A stretch of 63,410 bases of DNA, the filler included, from Octopus bimaculoides (taxonomy: Eukaryota), in assembly GCF_001194135.2 (NCBI RefSeq). It is 10 parts of 10 records of this genome, joined end to end, with 100 filler letters (N's around TTAATTAATTAA, not from the genome) between each part and the next. Parts side by side here need not be neighbours in the genome. Positions count along the whole stretch, not along the records: positions 24,700 to 33,202 come from NC_068986.1; positions 33,303 to 45,520 come from NC_069010.1; 8 more parts are not named here. One strand, 5' to 3'. Shown piece by piece: positions 28,816 to 40,924 of this stretch. Below the pieces are notes generated by a model. That model searched no databases, was not told where the DNA came from, and worked only from the letters and a program-made list of their open reading frames with translations. Within the stretch, counting starts at the first letter, position 1, and every line of letters begins with the position of its first letter. Position numbers and translations under genes: made by a program.

Positions 28816-29143
28816 AAGAAACAAATAAAAAATAATAACCATTATATATAATTCCTTCATTAGAGCAAAATTGGCTTACAGTTGTTTCCAGTAGTCATCA
28901 TAGGTACGTTACTGGTATATTTACTCAATTGATCTATTGATCAACTGAGGTAAATTGAACAAACTAAGAAAATTAATGCTACTTTCGTCAGAGCATCACT
29001 TCAATTTACCTTAATTGATCAATAGACCAATTGGGTAAACCTACCTATAATGTACTTATAATGACTACTGGAAACAGCTGTAAGTCAAATTTGCTCCCAT
29101 AAACGAATAATATGTAACGACCATTATTTTTAACTTGTTTCTT
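28816..29143. repeat. Long inverted repeat (foldback, MITE-like)
   Basis: Core arms 28863-28959 and 29000-29096 are reverse complements with scattered mismatches; weaker pairing extends outward; 40-nt spacer. Confidence 0.9.
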
Positions 29144-29337
29144 ATATATCACTCTTGTATATAAACCAGTTTGTCTGGAGCCCATCCATGGATTTGCAAT
29201 ATAGAATGGTGATGAGCCATAAATTGGGACACTACCAAAACATTACTCGGAAGTTTTCACTAATCTAACTAATTTTGTTGGCCTGGCATGCTAACAGTGA
29301 GCTTATGAAGTATTTTGCACGGATTGACAATCTCTCA

Positions 29338-29372
<35 letters not shown>

Positions 29373-31009
29373 TACACACGTGTCATACATATACATATGA
29401 CTATGTGTGTATGTGTATGGATTCTTCTATCGGTTTCGACGTAGGGACGTTTAACACGTTTGCTTCCTAACCACGAGGCTCCGGGTTCAGTCCCACTGCG
29501 TGACACATTACTATAACCTCGGGTTGAGCAAAGCTTTGTGAGTGGATTTAGTAAACGGAAACTGAATGAAGCCCACCGTATATACATGTATGTATATGTT
29601 TATGTGCGTGTGTCACTGTGTTTCTCCCCCTCACTTAACTATCGGTGTTAGTCTGTTTATGTTCCTGTAACTTAACGGTTTGGTCAGTGACCGATACAAT
29701 ACGCACTAGGCTTAAAAATAAGTCCTGGCGTTGAATTACTCGACAAAAACGCTTCAACTGGGGTCCAACATGGCCGCAGTCAAATAACTGAAATAAGTAG
29801 CAGAACAATGGGAAACTAATGGGAAATGGAAGATGAAAATATGTGGTCAAACCCTCCATTAGATTCGCCCAAATGATTGCTCCAGAATGGTCTCCACGAA
29901 CGGCAATGAAGGCCATGTTTGGTGTTAAGCATACCAGGCATGTAGGGCACACAGAACAGAATAATATAAAGTAAATACCAAAAGGCATTTTGCCTGATAC
30001 GCTGACGACTCCACCATTTCGTTACTATAAACTGGTTATTTTTTAGTGCAACCCAAGGAGGATGAAAAGTAAAGTCGACCTTGTTGGGATTTGAACTCAG
30101 AATGAAATAACCCGGAATAGCTGCGCCATACTGCGTCCGTTGCCCTGATAATTGGCCACCTTGACAAAGTCAAATATTCAATATGCAACGAGGTGTATTT
30201 TTCTTAAAACTTTGAACGCAAGGGTTCTATTTAGCGAGAGCAACTTCGTTTGATTGTACTTTCAGAAAACGCAAAAGTGGGTGGCTACATGGCTCTATGT
30301 TTAGGGATCGCTAATTGGTACAAACATCGTTATTTTCAAACCTAAGCAGGTAACTGCGTGGCTAACCGCTTTTCGTTTCCCACAGTTATACACAAACGGA
30401 ATCATGACCGCTATAGTGTATTTGCAGGTTCAAAAACTTAGATCAACATTAATTTTATCCTGCAAATCTCAGTGATTAATAGATGTCATTTATTCATTTT
30501 GGACCAGTTGAGTAATGGTTACATAACACTTCACTGATGACCCGATATTTGCCGTTCCTCCACTTATCGTCAAAAGCCTGACACACGATTCAATAATCCA
30601 GTTTATTGAAATTTTATTTAATTTGGAATTTAGAGTTAGTTCTGTATTTTAATTTGGAAAGAGTTACCTCATTAAAGGTAATAATATTTACTTCACTAAC
30701 ATTGTAATTATAATTAACATCCTTTTAGTTCATACCGTGCATGTTAGCCCAAGACACTATGTGAGCGTGTAGGCCTGTGTGTGCACCCGTGCCACTGGGG
30801 CGCTAACAGCACCATCCGAGCGTGATCATTGCCAGAGCAGCTGTCTGGCTTCCGTGCCGGTGGCTCGTGAAAAACATTCGCGCGAGGTCTTTGCCAGTGC
30901 CGCTGGACTGGCTCCTGTGCAGGTGGCACGTAAAAAAACACCCATTTGAGCGTGGCCGTTGCCAGTACCACCTGACTGGCCCTTGTGCCGGTGGCACGTA
31001 AAAGCACCC

Positions 31010-31215
31010 ACTATACACGAACTGGACGATCATCAAATGACACGTTGTCTTGAAAGTTGCTGTTCTTTGCTGTCACGGCATAAAAGCGAACCTTTTTGCA
31101 TCGTATTGTTACGTGTGATGAAAAATGGATTCTTTCCAACAATAGCAAGCGTTCTGCACGGTGGTTGGATAGAGACGAAGTGCCAAAACAATCCAAAAAA
31201 GAATATTCACCAAAG
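31010..31215 (+). mobile_element. mariner transposase fragment
   Basis: HELDDHQMTRCLESCCSLLSRHKSEPF / HRIVTCDEKWILSNNSKRSARWLD, i.e. the TCDEKW first catalytic Asp motif. One frameshift; runs into a gap. Confidence 0.85.
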
Positions 31216-31672
31216 NNNNNNNNNNNNNNNNNNNNNNNNNNNNNNNNNNNNNNNNNNNNNNNNNNNNNNNNNNNNNNNNNNNNNNNNNNNNNNNNNNNNN
31301 NNNNNNNNNNNNNNNNNNNNNNNNNNNNNNNNNNNNNNNNNNNNNNNNNNNNNNNNNNNNNNNNNNNNNNNNNNNNNNNNNNNNNNNNNNNNNNNNNNNN
31401 NNNNNNNNNNNNNNNNNNNNNNNNNNNNNNNNNNNNNNNNNNNNNNNNNNNNNNNNNNNNNNNNNNNNNNNNNNNNNNNNNNNNNNNNNNNNNNNNNNNN
31501 NNNNNNNNNNNNNNNNNNNNNNNNNNNNNNNNNNNNNNNNNNNNNNNNNNNNNNNNNNNNNNNNNNNNNNNNNNNNNNNNNNNNNNNNNNNNNNNNNNNN
31601 NNNNNNNNNNNNNNNNNNNNNNNNNNNNNNNNNNNNNNNNNNNNNNNNNNNNNNNNNNNNNNNNNNNNNNNN

Positions 31673-31710
<38 letters not shown>

Positions 31711-32622
31711 GTGTGTGTGTTTTTTGTGTGTTATACGGTCACATATATGTAGATGCATAAAGAACCTTAGTGTAAGTCTATGCATGTGTAAGTCTGTGTG
31801 TCTAAATATTTGAGATAACAATTGAGGGAAAAATCTCATCGGTTCGTAAGACAGTAGATCATTCTGATTTCCGATGTGCCCAGCATGGTGTGAATTAAAT
31901 TTCCCGCGCTAAAGAATCAAACTACCGAACTAATGATAGTTAATCCAATACTTTATCCACTGCACAACAAAATTTATCAATATCAGAAAGATTGATTCAA
32001 AACTGAACCATGATGGTCAATGAGAATTTGGTTGATGCAACCCAAGAAACAGTTCTATGACATTTGAGTGTATTATTGGATTGTGTGTGGTCTGGCTTCG
32101 TAGACACAAACACTTTATGTGCAAGCTTGTATAGGCGTATATATTTGTGTATATATGTCGGGGGAGGGTTAGATGCATAGAGAGAGAAATAGAGAGCGAC
32201 AGAAAGGCAGTTAAATAGGTACATTAAAAGATAAAACTATATACTGAATGTAAAAAGTGTTTGTTCTCCATACGTACACACCCACCTACAGACAAGCAGA
32301 TAGACACACACACACACACACGCACACGTACACATGCATATGTGTGTGTGTGTGTGTACATGTCACTATAAAAAGCTTTCGTTGACTCTAACAAGAAGTA
32401 ATACTGAATTGTAGAAGAAAAGATGGTGAACAAGCCAGCAAAAAGTAAAGAAAAATTATTTCAATCATAAAATACATTACAATACAATAACACGAACAAT
32501 ACTGGAGACAAGTCCTCAATGGTACAGGAACGAGACACCCATTTAGAAAAGCGTGCATTGTATAGGTTCTTCTATTCTGTACACACATACCGAGACAAAC
32601 AAACAGATGCACACACACACAC

Positions 32623-32719
<97 letters not shown>

Positions 32720-32940
32720 GTGTGTGTGTGTGAATAGCGTTTGTCTTTCGTTCTCTACTTGTCACGTACCAGTTTTATACGGTCTCAATTCCCCAAGCTA
32801 CTCTTATAGAAATCATATTTTCTTGTCTCTCTTTCTGTATTTATTCTTCTGCCGGATTGCATTGGTTACTGTTCGCTAACAACATAACACAGCACTTGAC
32901 CTCAACGACTAGTATTTTCTATTTTCGTATATATGAACCC

Positions 32941-33011
<71 letters not shown>

Positions 33012-33302
33012 GTGTGTGTGTGGCACCCCCTACTGCCGCCGCTTCTCTCTCATTTTACTCTGCGTCTTCTTCACTCTCTTTCTCATTCACTCTCACCTTC
33101 GCCAAGCTCTTATAAAAAAAAAAACAATGAAACTAAAGACTCTAGAATATTTTTCTCTTTGTTTTCTGTTCCATTGATCGTTCCGACCTTTGCATAATCT
33201 CTNNNNNNNNNNNNNNNNNNNNNNNNNNNNNNNNNNNNNNNNNNNNTTAATTAATTAANNNNNNNNNNNNNNNNNNNNNNNNNNNNNNNNNNNNNNNNNN
33301 NN

Positions 33303-33343
<41 letters not shown>

Positions 33344-33957
33344 ATGTGTTTGTGTGTCTGTGTTTGTCCCCCACAACATCGCTTGACAACCGATGCTAGT
33401 GTGTTTACGTCCCCGTAACTTAGCGGTTCGGCAAAAGAGACCGATAGAATAAGTACTAGGCTTCCAAAGAATAAGTCCTGGGGTCGATTTGCTCGACTAA
33501 AAGGCGGTGCTCCAGCATGGCCACAGTCAAAAGACTGAAACAAGTAAAAGAGTAAAGAGTATATGAATTAATCATGCATTACCTTCAGCTTGGAGATTTT
33601 AACAATGTGATTGCTTATTTTTAGATAGACATTGTAGGGTAGGTGTGAGAGAATTCTCACAAGACATGGACATGTTCTTTCCTTACAACAACAAGGGTTC
33701 CAGTTGATCCGATCAACGGTATCAGCCTGCTTGTGAAATTAATGTGCAAGTGTACCCTCAACATAGTTCTCAGGGAGATTCAGTGAGACAGAGTGCGACA
33801 CGGCTGGCCCCTCTTCTGAATTATAGGTACAACTCATTTTTGCAAGTGAAACAACAAGAAATAAAGTGTCTTGCTCAAGGACAGAATGTGCTGCCAGATA
33901 CCAAACTCACAACCTTACAATTATAAGCCAAATACCTGAATCACTAAACCATGCGCC

Positions 33958-34800
33958 TCTCCACCTGGATAAGACACCAGTCAATCACACATTAACACTC
34001 TCTCAGATGATCTGATCCCTGTTCTTCCCAACTCACCATAACCAGGTGTGAATTGAAGTTATGTACAATATAGTGTTGTGTCATAGAGACACTGTGATGA
34101 GAGACAAATCTCCACCTGGATAAGATACTACCACTATCACATTAACACTCTCCCAGATGATCTGATATTTATTCTCTTCCTCACCGCAGCCAAGTGTCAA
34201 CTGAGGCAATGTGCAATATCGTGTTGGTTCACAGAGACACTGATGAGATATAAATCTCCACCTGGATAAGACACCAGGCAATCACATGTTAACACTCTCC
34301 CAGATGATCTNNNNNNNNNNNNNNNNNNNNNNNNNNNNNNNNNNNNNNNNNNNNNNNNNNNNNNNNNNNNNNNNNNNNNNNNNNNNNNNNNNNNNNNNNN
34401 NNNNNNNNNNNNNNNNNNNNNNNNNNNNNNNNNNNNNNNNNNNNNNNNNNNNNNNNNNNNNNNNNNNNNNNNNNNNNNNNNNNNNNNNNNNNNNNNNNNN
34501 NNNNNNNNNNNNNNNNNNNNNNNNNNNNNNNNNNNNNNNNNNNNNNNNNNNNNNNNNNNNATTAACACTCTCCCAGATGATCTGATATTTATTCTCTTCC
34601 TCACCGCAGCCAGGTGTCAACTGAGGCAATGTGCAATATCGTGTTGGTTCACAGAGACACTGATGAGATATAAATCTCCACCTGGATAAGACACCAGGCA
34701 ATCACATGTTAACACTCTCCCAGATGATCTAATACTTATTCTCTTCCTCACCGCAGTCAGGTGTCAACTCAGGTATTGCACAATATAGTGTTGTCAGAGA
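33958..34800. repeat. 147-bp tandem repeat (about 5-6 units, gap inside)
   Basis: TTAACACTC anchors at 33992, 34142, 34289, 34562, 34709 (spacings 150, 147, gap, 147). A stop occurs in every frame. Confidence 0.9.
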
Positions 34801-35059
34801 GACACTCTAGATTGTAAACAACAAGAATGTTATGTACACAATATCGTATCAATGTCCACCATGAGAGCAATTATGAGGTCAGTCAAATTGTCAGAAATAA
34901 CTGCCAGATCTCCTTCAAATCGCAGCAAATTCTCTCTTAAATAAGAAACAGAGCAAAATAATAATAAGAAGAAAGACCAGACGAAGTGGTCATACCTGGA
35001 ACGTATTTGATCATAGGACCACTTAGAGCCGACTTAGGGTTAAACAACAAGAACAATCA

Positions 35060-36040
35060 GCATGGCTGACTACTACCAACCCCACCCAACATCCATGAGA
35101 TAAGGTCATTGGTAGCTTGACCTGCTAGAAATAGCAGCCAAATCTTCAAATCACACCATACTGTCTTATCTATGCATATAAAACATGAATGAGCCAATGA
35201 TGGAGACCTCTGCATGGTAGCTAGACCTGTTAGAAATAACAGCCAAATATACACCAAGTTACACTTTACTGTCTTATCTGTGCATATATATGAGCCAATG
35301 AGGGAGATATTAGCTAGGCCTAGTTGAAATAGCAGCCAAATCTCCCTCATATCATACCCTACTGTCTTGTATATGTATGAGCCAATGAGAGGGACCTCTG
35401 CATGACAGCTAGACCAGGTAAAAATAGCAATCACGTCTCCCTCAAATCACACCCTACTGGCTCATACAGAGAGTCTACACAGTAGCTAGACCGAGAAATA
35501 GCAGCCAAATCTCCCTCAGATCATACCCTACTGTCTTATCTATGTATATATGTATGTTTGAGCCAATGAGGATGACCTCTGCATAGTAACTAAATTTAGT
35601 AGACATAGCAACCAAATCTCCCTCAAATCACACTGTCTTTTGTATGAGTATATGTATGTATGAGCCTGTGAGGGAGGCCTCTACAGGTTAGCTAAGCCTG
35701 GTAGAAATGGCAGCGAAATCTCCCCCAAATCACACCCTACTGTCTTATCTATGTAAGAGCCGATTAGAGAGACCTCTACATTGTAGCTAGACCTGTTAGA
35801 AATATTAGCTAAATCTCCCTCAAATTACACCCTTACAGTCTTATGTATGTATATAGATGTGAATCAACGAGGGACAACAGTAAATGGTAGAAATAGAAGT
35901 CAAATCTCCCTCACATCACACTCTTCTGTCTTATGTATATATATAGATGTTAGTCAATGAGGGACAACTCTAAATGGTAGCTAGATTGGTAGAAATAGCA
36001 ATCAAATCTCCCTCAAATCACACTCTTCTGTCTTATGTAT
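35060..36040. repeat. Diverged ~100-bp tandem array, 10 units
   Basis: AGAAATAGCAGCCAAATCTCCCTCAAATCACAC-like anchors near 35127, 35232, 35325, 35420, 35494, 35601, 35703, 35798, 35889, 35991. Confidence 0.85.
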
Positions 36041-36993
36041 GTATATATATGGATACATGAGCCAACGATGGAGACCTTATGGGAACGCAAACAAACCAAC
36101 ACCCGTAGGGGGGAACATACAGAAACATTGAAATACACATATACAGTTTCTGTCTACTAAATCCACTCACACACAAAGCATTAACCGCTCCGGAGCTTAC
36201 AGAAGGTGTGCCGCACAGTGGGACTGAACCCGAAATCATGGGGTTGGGAAGCAAACGACTAACCACACAGCCACACTTGCGTTGACACACACACACACAC
36301 ACATGAAATGAAATTTTAAAAAAAGGATGGTCACCAGTGGAACATCTTTGATCGTAAACCTGTTATATCAAAACAAACCTGACGCTAGACACGCTATATG
36401 CATCCCCACTTTTTAAAGAACTTCCATGTGGTCACACAAGCGATNNNNNNNNNNNNNNNNNNNNNNNNNNNNNNNNNNNNNNNNNNNNNNNNNNNNNNNN
36501 NNNNNNNNNNNNNNNNNNNNNNNNNNNNNNNNNNNNNNNNNNNNNNNNNNNNNNNNNNNNNNNNNNNNNNNNNNNNNNNNNNNNNNNNNNNNNNNNNNNN
36601 NNNNNNNNNNNNNNNNNNNNNNNNNNNNNNNNNNNNNNNNNNNNNNNNNNNNNNNNNNNNNNNNNNNNNNNNNNNNNNNNNNNNNNNNNNNNNNNNNNNN
36701 NNNNNNNNNNNNNNNNNNNNNNNNNNNNNNNNNNNNNNNNNNNNNNNNNNNNNNNNNNNNNNNNNNNNNNNNNNNNNNNNNNNNNNNNNNNNNNNNNNNN
36801 NNNNNNNNNNNNNNNNNNNNNNNNNNNNNNNNNNNNNNNNNNNNNNNNNNNNNNNNNNNNNNNNNNNNNNNNNNNNNNNNNNNNNNNNNNNNNNNNNNNN
36901 NNNNNNNNNNNNNNNNNNNNNNNNNNNNNNNNNNNNNNNNNNNNNNNNNNNNNNNNNNNNNNNNNNNNNCTCTATATATATATATATATATAT

Positions 36994-37040
<47 letters not shown>

Positions 37041-39075
37041 CAGACGACAGGCAAATAGACAGTGAGGAAGAGAGAGAAATAGAGACACAGAAGATATAAA
37101 GAGAGAATGAAAGCAGAGAAAGAGAGATATAGAATGAGATAGATCGATAGAGAAGAGTGGAGGGCAGAGTGGTAAAGCGAGGGAGGAGGTTATTAAGAAA
37201 GGGAGAAAGAATGAAAGAGAAGTGAAGAGAATGGGAGAAAGAGAGCAAGAAAGAAAAACAGAGAGAGAGAAAAAAACAGTGGGTGAAGCAAAGAGAGAGA
37301 TAGAGAAAGAAGACGAGAAGAAAAACAGAGAGAGAGGAGTAAATAGAGAAAGAGGCAGGTAGGAGGAGGGTTAACACTGAGTGTAACCAACAGCAATTAG
37401 GAACTGGTTACCAAAGCCGGCACGACTTCGCTTGCCAGAAGGAAAAAAACGTCATCGGCTTCAACGTTGAACGTACGCATTACTACGTTACTCTGTGTCT
37501 CCCCTCCCCATTCTCTCTCTCTCTCTCTTTCCGAAAATGAACTACAATAACGTCCAGTCAGCTGACAGCTAAGGTCACCTAGCTTCAACACTTTGTTGTT
37601 GTTGTTTAGGTCCAAGTTAGACCATGTTGGAGCAGCCCTGTGGACAAAGGAACGCCGACCATGACTACTCCAGCACTTTATCATTCCTGGAACATAATGC
37701 GATCCAGCGAATAACCATTGGAGTGTGGTATGAGAGGGATTTGGCTGCTATTTTCAGGAGATCGTGTGTCCACGTAGTTTCGCCATTTTCCCCCACCCCA
37801 CCCTGTAGCACACACACACACACTGTCAGAACCCTCCACACATGCACAAGAAGTGGTTTATTATAATCAGAAATAGTATTATCAAATCGTTTATTTTCAT
37901 TACAATTATTCAGCCACAAACTATTTTAAAATGAATTAAAATTAATTATCTGAACTTTAACAGAGTCGACAGTTCTGATATTAATGTTATCAGTTGCTTA
38001 TTGTTATCAAACAGGTTTTATTATAAAGCGATAACAATAATTGGCTTCCGGCTACGAGTGTGTGTGTGTGTGTGTGTGATCATTTAATGTCCATTTTCCA
38101 TGCTGGTACGGGTTGGATGGTTTGACAGGAGCTGGTAAATCCAAGTAGATGCACCAAGCTCCAGCTGTCTGTTTTCACATGGTTTCTACAGCTGGATGCT
38201 CTTCCTAACGCCAACCACTCTACAGAGTGTACCGGGTGCTTTTTACGTGACACCAGCAAGTAGACCCGACATCAATAGACTGTCTTTTCATCATTCTGGG
38301 ATCGACAAAAAATGAAATACCAGTCATTTGCTGCGATCAACAACGTTTCTGTAGTAGTAGTAGTAGTAGTAGTAGTTGCAGCAATGGCAGGTGGTAGTCG
38401 TAATGGTGGTGGTAACAATAGTAGCGGTGATAGTGGTAGGTAGCAATGGCCGTAGTGGATAGTAGTGGTGGTGACAGTCGTAATATTAGCGATATTATTG
38501 GTAGAAAGAGAACCAGTAATAAAGTTGGAACTAGAAATAGTATTATTAGTTACCAAATATAAAGCAGCTGTTAGTATAACTACTATTACACGTTACTACC
38601 ACCAACACCACCACTACATTGCTATGTGTGTGTGTGTATTATACACATTCACACACGGGCATACATATATTCATTAGTATAGACACACGCACACNNNNNN
38701 NNNNNNNNNNNNNNNNNNNNNNNNNNNNNNNNNNNNNNNNNNNNNNNNNNNNNNNNNNNNNNNNNNNNNNNNNNNNNNNNNNNNNNNNNNNNNNTCGACC
38801 TGAAGAAAATTCTAACTGGGTCCCCACCTGCAAGGTCATGTGCTATTTATCTTGGCATGAGATCACTATGTCGCCCCCCATATGGTTGTGATGCATGTGC
38901 CTGGTGTACTCTTATCAGGTCGAGTAGCCCATCCTGCTAAAAAGGTCCCTGAATAAGGGTTGTTTAAGGAAGTTGAACGAAACACCTATGTCTCCAAAGG
39001 CGAATTATCCAAACCCCCAAAGAATTCCTTTCAGCACATGGCTATGATGCTCCCCCATCATCATCATTATCATCA

Positions 39076-39106
<31 letters not shown>

Positions 39107-39110
<4 letters not shown>

Positions 39111-39740
39111 TAGTTTTATTTTTATAACGTGCTTTCACTTCACTACCGAGCGCAGCTCTGTGCGCCTTGGGTATGTGCTGTGGTTTGCTGTGGTGCTCTT
39201 ATGTTTACTGTATTGAAAGTGTTTTGCGTAGGATGTGTGCAGTACCCAGTAGTGCAATTTTCTGTATGTTATATATATTTGTAAGTCCTGCTATTTTTGT
39301 TATGTATTTGTCTGAATATTTTTTTATTATACCTAAGGCACCTANNNNNNNNNNNNNNNNNNNNNNNNNNNNNNNNNNNNNNNNNNNNNNNNNNNNNNNN
39401 NNNNNTTTCCATTTCTTTTAGAGAAACGTTGTCATCTGCTGGTATTGATACATCAATTAGAAAGCATTTTTTTTCTTCATGATCTTTGACAACTATATCT
39501 GGTCTATTTGCCTTAATTCCTCTATCTGTGTGTATTGGCATATCCCAGAGTATGGTTGCTTTCTCATTTTCTGTGACCTTTTCTGGCGTGTGTTTATACC
39601 ATCTTTTTTCTGTTGTTATTCCATAATGTTGGCATAGCTTCCAGTGTATATAGGTCCCAGCTCTGTCGTGTCTGTGGATATATTCCTTCTTAGCCAGGAC
39701 TGGGCAGCCAGAGATAATATGATTTATTGTTTCTTGTCGT
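39107..39740 (-). mobile_element. 5'-truncated RLE-type non-LTR retrotransposon (R4/Dong-like)
   Basis: Open frame QETINHIISGCPVLAKKEYIHRHD...ILWDMPIHTDRGIKANRPDIVVKDHEEKKCFLIDVSIP...[gap]...GALGIIKK...LGTAHILRKTLSIQ*: remnant CCHC knuckle plus PD-(D/E)xK restriction-like endonuclease. Short 3' UTR; (TAA)n on both sides. Confidence 0.88.
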
Positions 39741-39828
39741 ATTATTATTATTATTATTATTATTAGTATTATTGTTGTTGTTATTTGATTCCCTCATTTA
39801 TAAATGTTCTGTTTCTTTCTCCTTGCAG

Positions 39829-39948
39829 GTAAACGCTACCAGGAATTAATCTGCCTGTATGTGGCTCTCTGTCTGTTTGTCATAAACTTTTTCTTCCTGA
39901 TCAAACATTTCAGAGTAGACAATTTGTATTTCATTGCTATATCTTCTA
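39829..39948 (+). CDS. PEDS1: PEDS1/TMEM189 internal coding exon (equivalent to exon 2), 120 nt, phase 1-1
   Basis: Pyrimidine-rich acceptor TTTCTTTCTCCTTGCAG| and donor |GTAAGT. Translates (G)KRYQELICLYVALCLFVINFFFLIKHFRVDNLYFIAISS, matching the GKRxQExxxV/I...N first TM segment of TMEM189/Kua. The trailing A joins TA of the next exon to give Ile. Confidence 0.88.
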
Positions 39949-40182
39949 GTAAGTACACATTCACTCACATCTTGAATAACTCTCAAATTACCTCTAAGCC
40001 CTTGAATTACAATCCTTAAGGGCTTCAAGTCGTTTCATGCATGTTATCTAAGAAATTGCTCCGACCCCTACCAGCATGGAAGACAGGTGATGAAATCTGA
40101 TGGTGAGGGTTATGATTGTGTCTCTTGTTGGGCCATTCTGGAACTCACTAGAATGTCTATTTCAGGTTTCAGTTTGGTCACT

Positions 40183-40560
40183 AGGTGCAGGCGCAGCTGT
40201 GAGTTAAGAAGCTTGCTTACCAACCACATGGTTCTGAGTTCAATCCTACTGTGTGGCACCTTGGGCAAGTGTCTTCTACTATAGCCTCGGGCCGACCAAA
40301 GCCTTGTGAGTGGGTTTGGTAGACGGAAACTGTGTGTTTGTGTGTGTTTTTGATTCTGTGTTTGTTCCCCAGCCACTGCTTGGCAACCGGTGTTAGTGTG
40401 TTTACATCCTCATGACAGAGCAGTGTGGCAGAAGAGACTAATAGAGCAAGTACCAGGCTTCAGAAAAAAAAATAAGCACTAGGTTTGATTTATTTGACTA
40501 GAATTCTTCAAGGTAGTGCCCCAGCATGGCCACAGCCTAACGAGTGAAACAAGTAAGCAT
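40183..40560 (+). mobile_element. SINE family A copy in PEDS1 intron
   Basis: Colinear with the 22303-22710 copy (…CCAACCACATGGTTCTGAGTTCAATCC…GGCAAGTGTCTTCTACTATAGCCTCGGGCCGACCAAAGCC…). Confidence 0.85.
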
Positions 40561-40596
40561 GAAGATAATCCAATGTCAATAGCAAAGATGGATTAA

Positions 40597-40808
40597 CCCT
40601 TTAGCATTTAAACCGGCCAAAAGTATTCTGCCTGTTTTATGTTCAAACTGGCCAGATCTGGTCTGTCACACCAACCCTACAATATCGTTTTAAAAATTAA
40701 CAGCTACCTCATCAAAATCTCATAGCTACAAGATAATGCATGATTAGTTCAAAACAATGTCGATGAAAAAAGCATTAATTATGGCAGAATAATGTGAACA
40801 CTAAAGGG
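40597..40808. mobile_element. piggyBac-like MITE in PEDS1 intron
   Basis: TTAA|CCCTTTAG ... CTAAAGGG|TTAA: perfect 8-bp TIRs with TTAA on both sides. Related copies at about 49779-49933 and 58561-58756. Confidence 0.75.
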
Positions 40809-40924
40809 TTAAAGGAAAAGAGGATTTAGTGAGGGGAAGAAAAAAAAAATGTCTTTGTAGAATGCCTGTTATGTTTCCAGGAGATAAGGGTTCAATTCTC
40901 ATGGACAGCCTTCAACTTCTTATC

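Noticed and set aside
34223-34250. CTGATGA-GAT-ATAA-ATC in the 147-bp repeat as a hammerhead
   Set aside because: No GAAA after the hairpin. The CTGANGA hits at 30534, 44504 and 57072 fail likewise.
33958-36040. Regular repeats as a CRISPR-like array or coding repeat
   Set aside because: Eukaryotic context, contiguous units with no unique spacers, and stops in all frames.
37624-37866. ORF MLEQPCGQRN... as PEDS1 exon 1
   Set aside because: Lacks the RWGxxHxGAxELA motif and overlaps an interspersed repeat homologous to 34985-35055 and 37725-37758.
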